The translations under genes and the position numbers were made by a program. The notes under the pieces were generated by a model that saw nothing but the letters and a program-made list of their open reading frames with translations, was not told the DNA's origin and made no database searches. Below, one piece after another: positions 13,004 to 14,153 of a stretch of DNA of 14,153 bases. The DNA comes from a virus: IMG/VR virus record IMGVR_UViG_3300029930_000719. One strand, given 5' to 3'. Each line of letters begins with the position of its first letter. The first letter of the stretch is position 1.

Positions 13004-13005
13004 AC

Positions 13006-13977
13006 ATGACTGCAAAACAAAAAGCAGCAAGGGCAAAATTCAAAGCGGTTGTTGCCGAAGCAAAAAAGTTGAGGAAAAAAAATCCTAAATTAACCCAAGC
13101 ACAAGCGGTTAAACAAGCATTTGCAATTTCTTATTCAAAAAAAGGCACATCAAAAAAAGTTAGTGGAAATAAAGATTTTGCAAAGCAAAAAAAGGTTAAT
13201 GATGCAATAAATAAAAAATTTGCAAATTGGAGATATCCTGTACCGCCTGTTTATACCGGCAATTGGTCTGTTGCAACATGGACTAATTGGATAAAAAAAC
13301 ATGGTCAAAAAATTGGTGCAATAAAAATAGTTGAGAAAGGAGAAAGCAAAAAGACAAAACCAAAGGCAACTTATCAACAAGTTCGTAGCAAAAAAGGTAC
13401 ATTCAAAGGATTGAAAAAAGTGGGTAATAATAATGTAATAACTGCATCAAATTTTACAAGAATTTCAAATGATATTTACGGAAATCCGCGTTATGTGATA
13501 CATTATTTAAACATTAATAGTAATTATGAAAAGGCAGTTAAAATAGCCAATAAAATAGGCGGTAAAAAATTTAATAACAAACAATATGGTGGTGGAATAG
13601 TTTTTCAATCATATAATATTGATGAAACTGCAAGAAAATTAAATGAGGAAGTAAATAAAAGCAAAAAAATAGGTGCAACTTCAAAAGTAAAAGCCAAAAA
13701 AAGGAAGTCAAGTGAAATGCACACTGATACCAAAAGCCACAATGTAAATATTAGGGTGGTTAGTGGTAATATGACTAATTCTGCATTGGATCAGGCAAAT
13801 TATTTATCTAATAAAATTAGAAATGCAGAAGAACAAAGAGATAGGATTGCAAGTGGAATTAAATATAAAAAATATGATAAGTCAGATATTCCAAAGGCAA
13901 GAGGTATGGTAAAAAAATATAATCAATATATAAAGTCTTTAAAATATAGTTTAAAAGAACTAAAAAAACATATTTAA
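13006..13977 (+). CDS. Highly basic Lys-rich protein (323 aa). Candidate nucleic-acid-binding or internal protein.
   Basis: N-terminal MTAKQKAARAKFKAVVAEAKKLRKKNPKLTQAQAVKQAF with many KK runs. There is a central less-basic domain (YGNPRYVIHYLNI...GGGIVFQSY) and a helical basic C-terminus. Confidence 0.75.
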   Translation: MTAKQKAARAKFKAVVAEAKKLRKKNPKLTQAQAVKQAFAISYSKKGTSKKVSGNKDFAKQKKVNDAINKKFANWRYPVPPVYTGNWSVATWTNWIKKHGQKIGAIKIVEKGESKKTKPKATYQQVRSKKGTFKGLKKVGNNNVITASNFTRISNDIYGNPRYVIHYLNINSNYEKAVKIANKIGGKKFNNKQYGGGIVFQSYNIDETARKLNEEVNKSKKIGATSKVKAKKRKSSEMHTDTKSHNVNIRVVSGNMTNSALDQANYLSNKIRNAEEQRDRIASGIKYKKYDKSDIPKARGMVKKYNQYIKSLKYSLKELKKHI

Positions 13978-14024
13978 AAATCTTGGGATAGTTTCCCACA
14001 TAAACAAGTCAAAAAACAAAAAAA

Positions 14025-14153
14025 ATGGCAAGAAGAAGAAAAAAGGCACGTTCCGGCCGTCGCAGATCGCGTAGAATGGGAGCAATTGGCAAATCCTTCT
14101 TTATGGATGCTGCCGGTCTTGTTGTTGGTGCTGCTGCTGCAAGGGTACTAACA
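14025..14153 (+). CDS. 5' portion of the junction-spanning gene; continues as 18..398 after circular closure (full protein 143 aa).
   Basis: The ATG at 14025 gives MARRRKKARSGRRRSRRMGAIGKSFF.... Position 14076 corresponds to window position 18 and is in the same frame. Confidence 0.75.
   Translation, partial: MARRRKKARSGRRRSRRMGAIGKSFFMDAAGLVVGAAAARVLT
14059..14153. repeat. Terminal direct repeat, right copy (identical to 1-95).
   Basis: Base-by-base identity with 1-95. Confidence 0.95.

Noticed and set aside
435-13380. All minus-strand ORFs in the track (435..635, 795..977, 1765..1998, 1949..2140, 2591..2782, 6232..6426, 6413..6628, 6663..6845, 7263..7454, 9440..9643, 10492..10686, 11824..12030, 12053..12259, 12241..12444, 12275..12499, 12474..12710, 12640..12876, 12810..13043, 13150..13380).
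   Set aside because: Each is 60-78 aa and lies antisense to a longer, motif-bearing + strand gene. Their compositions are Cys/Phe/Ile-rich or low-complexity (for example the poly-Ser run that mirrors the acidic tract), and none has recognisable motifs. They are typical shadow ORFs of AT-rich DNA.
13984-13998. Hairpin TGGGA-TAGTT-TCCCA after the 13006..13977 stop as a terminator.
   Set aside because: It has only a 5-bp stem and no T-run, and the next gene follows 27 nt later in what looks like the same operon.
1-14153. Search by eye for tRNA, rRNA, CRISPR arrays, integrase/recombinase, toxin-antitoxin or known defence/anti-defence genes.
   Set aside because: There is no cloverleaf-like GC-rich segment, no spaced identical repeats of CRISPR type, and no Tyr/Ser recombinase motifs. 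The small early ORFs could include anti-defence genes, but nothing in the sequence supports a specific call.

Overview
The first 95 nt (1-95) are identical to the last 95 nt (14059-14153). The window is therefore one complete replicon, circular or terminally redundant, with a unit length of 14,058 bp. An ORF reads in frame across the junction, from ATG 14025 into 18..398. The sequence is AT-rich (roughly one-third G+C by eye, not computed). Every credible gene is on the + strand, and genes are tightly packed with many TAATG/ATGA stop-start overlaps. Start codons sit behind A-rich leaders with no GGAGG-type Shine-Dalgarno, which is a Bacteroidota-like pattern. Two terminator-containing intergenic regions (8031-8200 and 10857-11127) split the circle into two modules. 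(i) A long virion/envelope/lysis module runs 11128 -> junction -> 8030. It encodes an LEA_2-like membrane protein, a transglutaminase-like Cys-His-Asp protein and a Lys-rich 323-aa protein. It also encodes an Arg-rich/hydrophobic junction protein, two small beta-rich proteins with a shared motif order, and an acidic coiled-coil protein. Next come small membrane proteins and an 805-aa Gly-rich fibre with a C-terminal peptidase-S74-type intramolecular chaperone. The module ends with two small 2-TM proteins, a membrane-anchored CX5R phosphatase and a GH108-like muramidase. (ii) A short early/replication module (8201-10856) holds small ORFs, a zinc-ribbon ORF and a RepA/DnaB-like P-loop ATPase. 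It is followed by an origin-like region with phased AGGTCA iterons, a 35-nt palindrome and an AT-rich tract. I recognised no terminase, portal, HK97-type capsid, tail, integrase, polymerase or HUH Rep genes, and no tRNA, rRNA or CRISPR. My best reading is a complete genome of a small, probably tailless and possibly membrane-containing phage or phage-like replicon of a Bacteroidota host. All functional calls rest on motifs read by eye; no database search was run.
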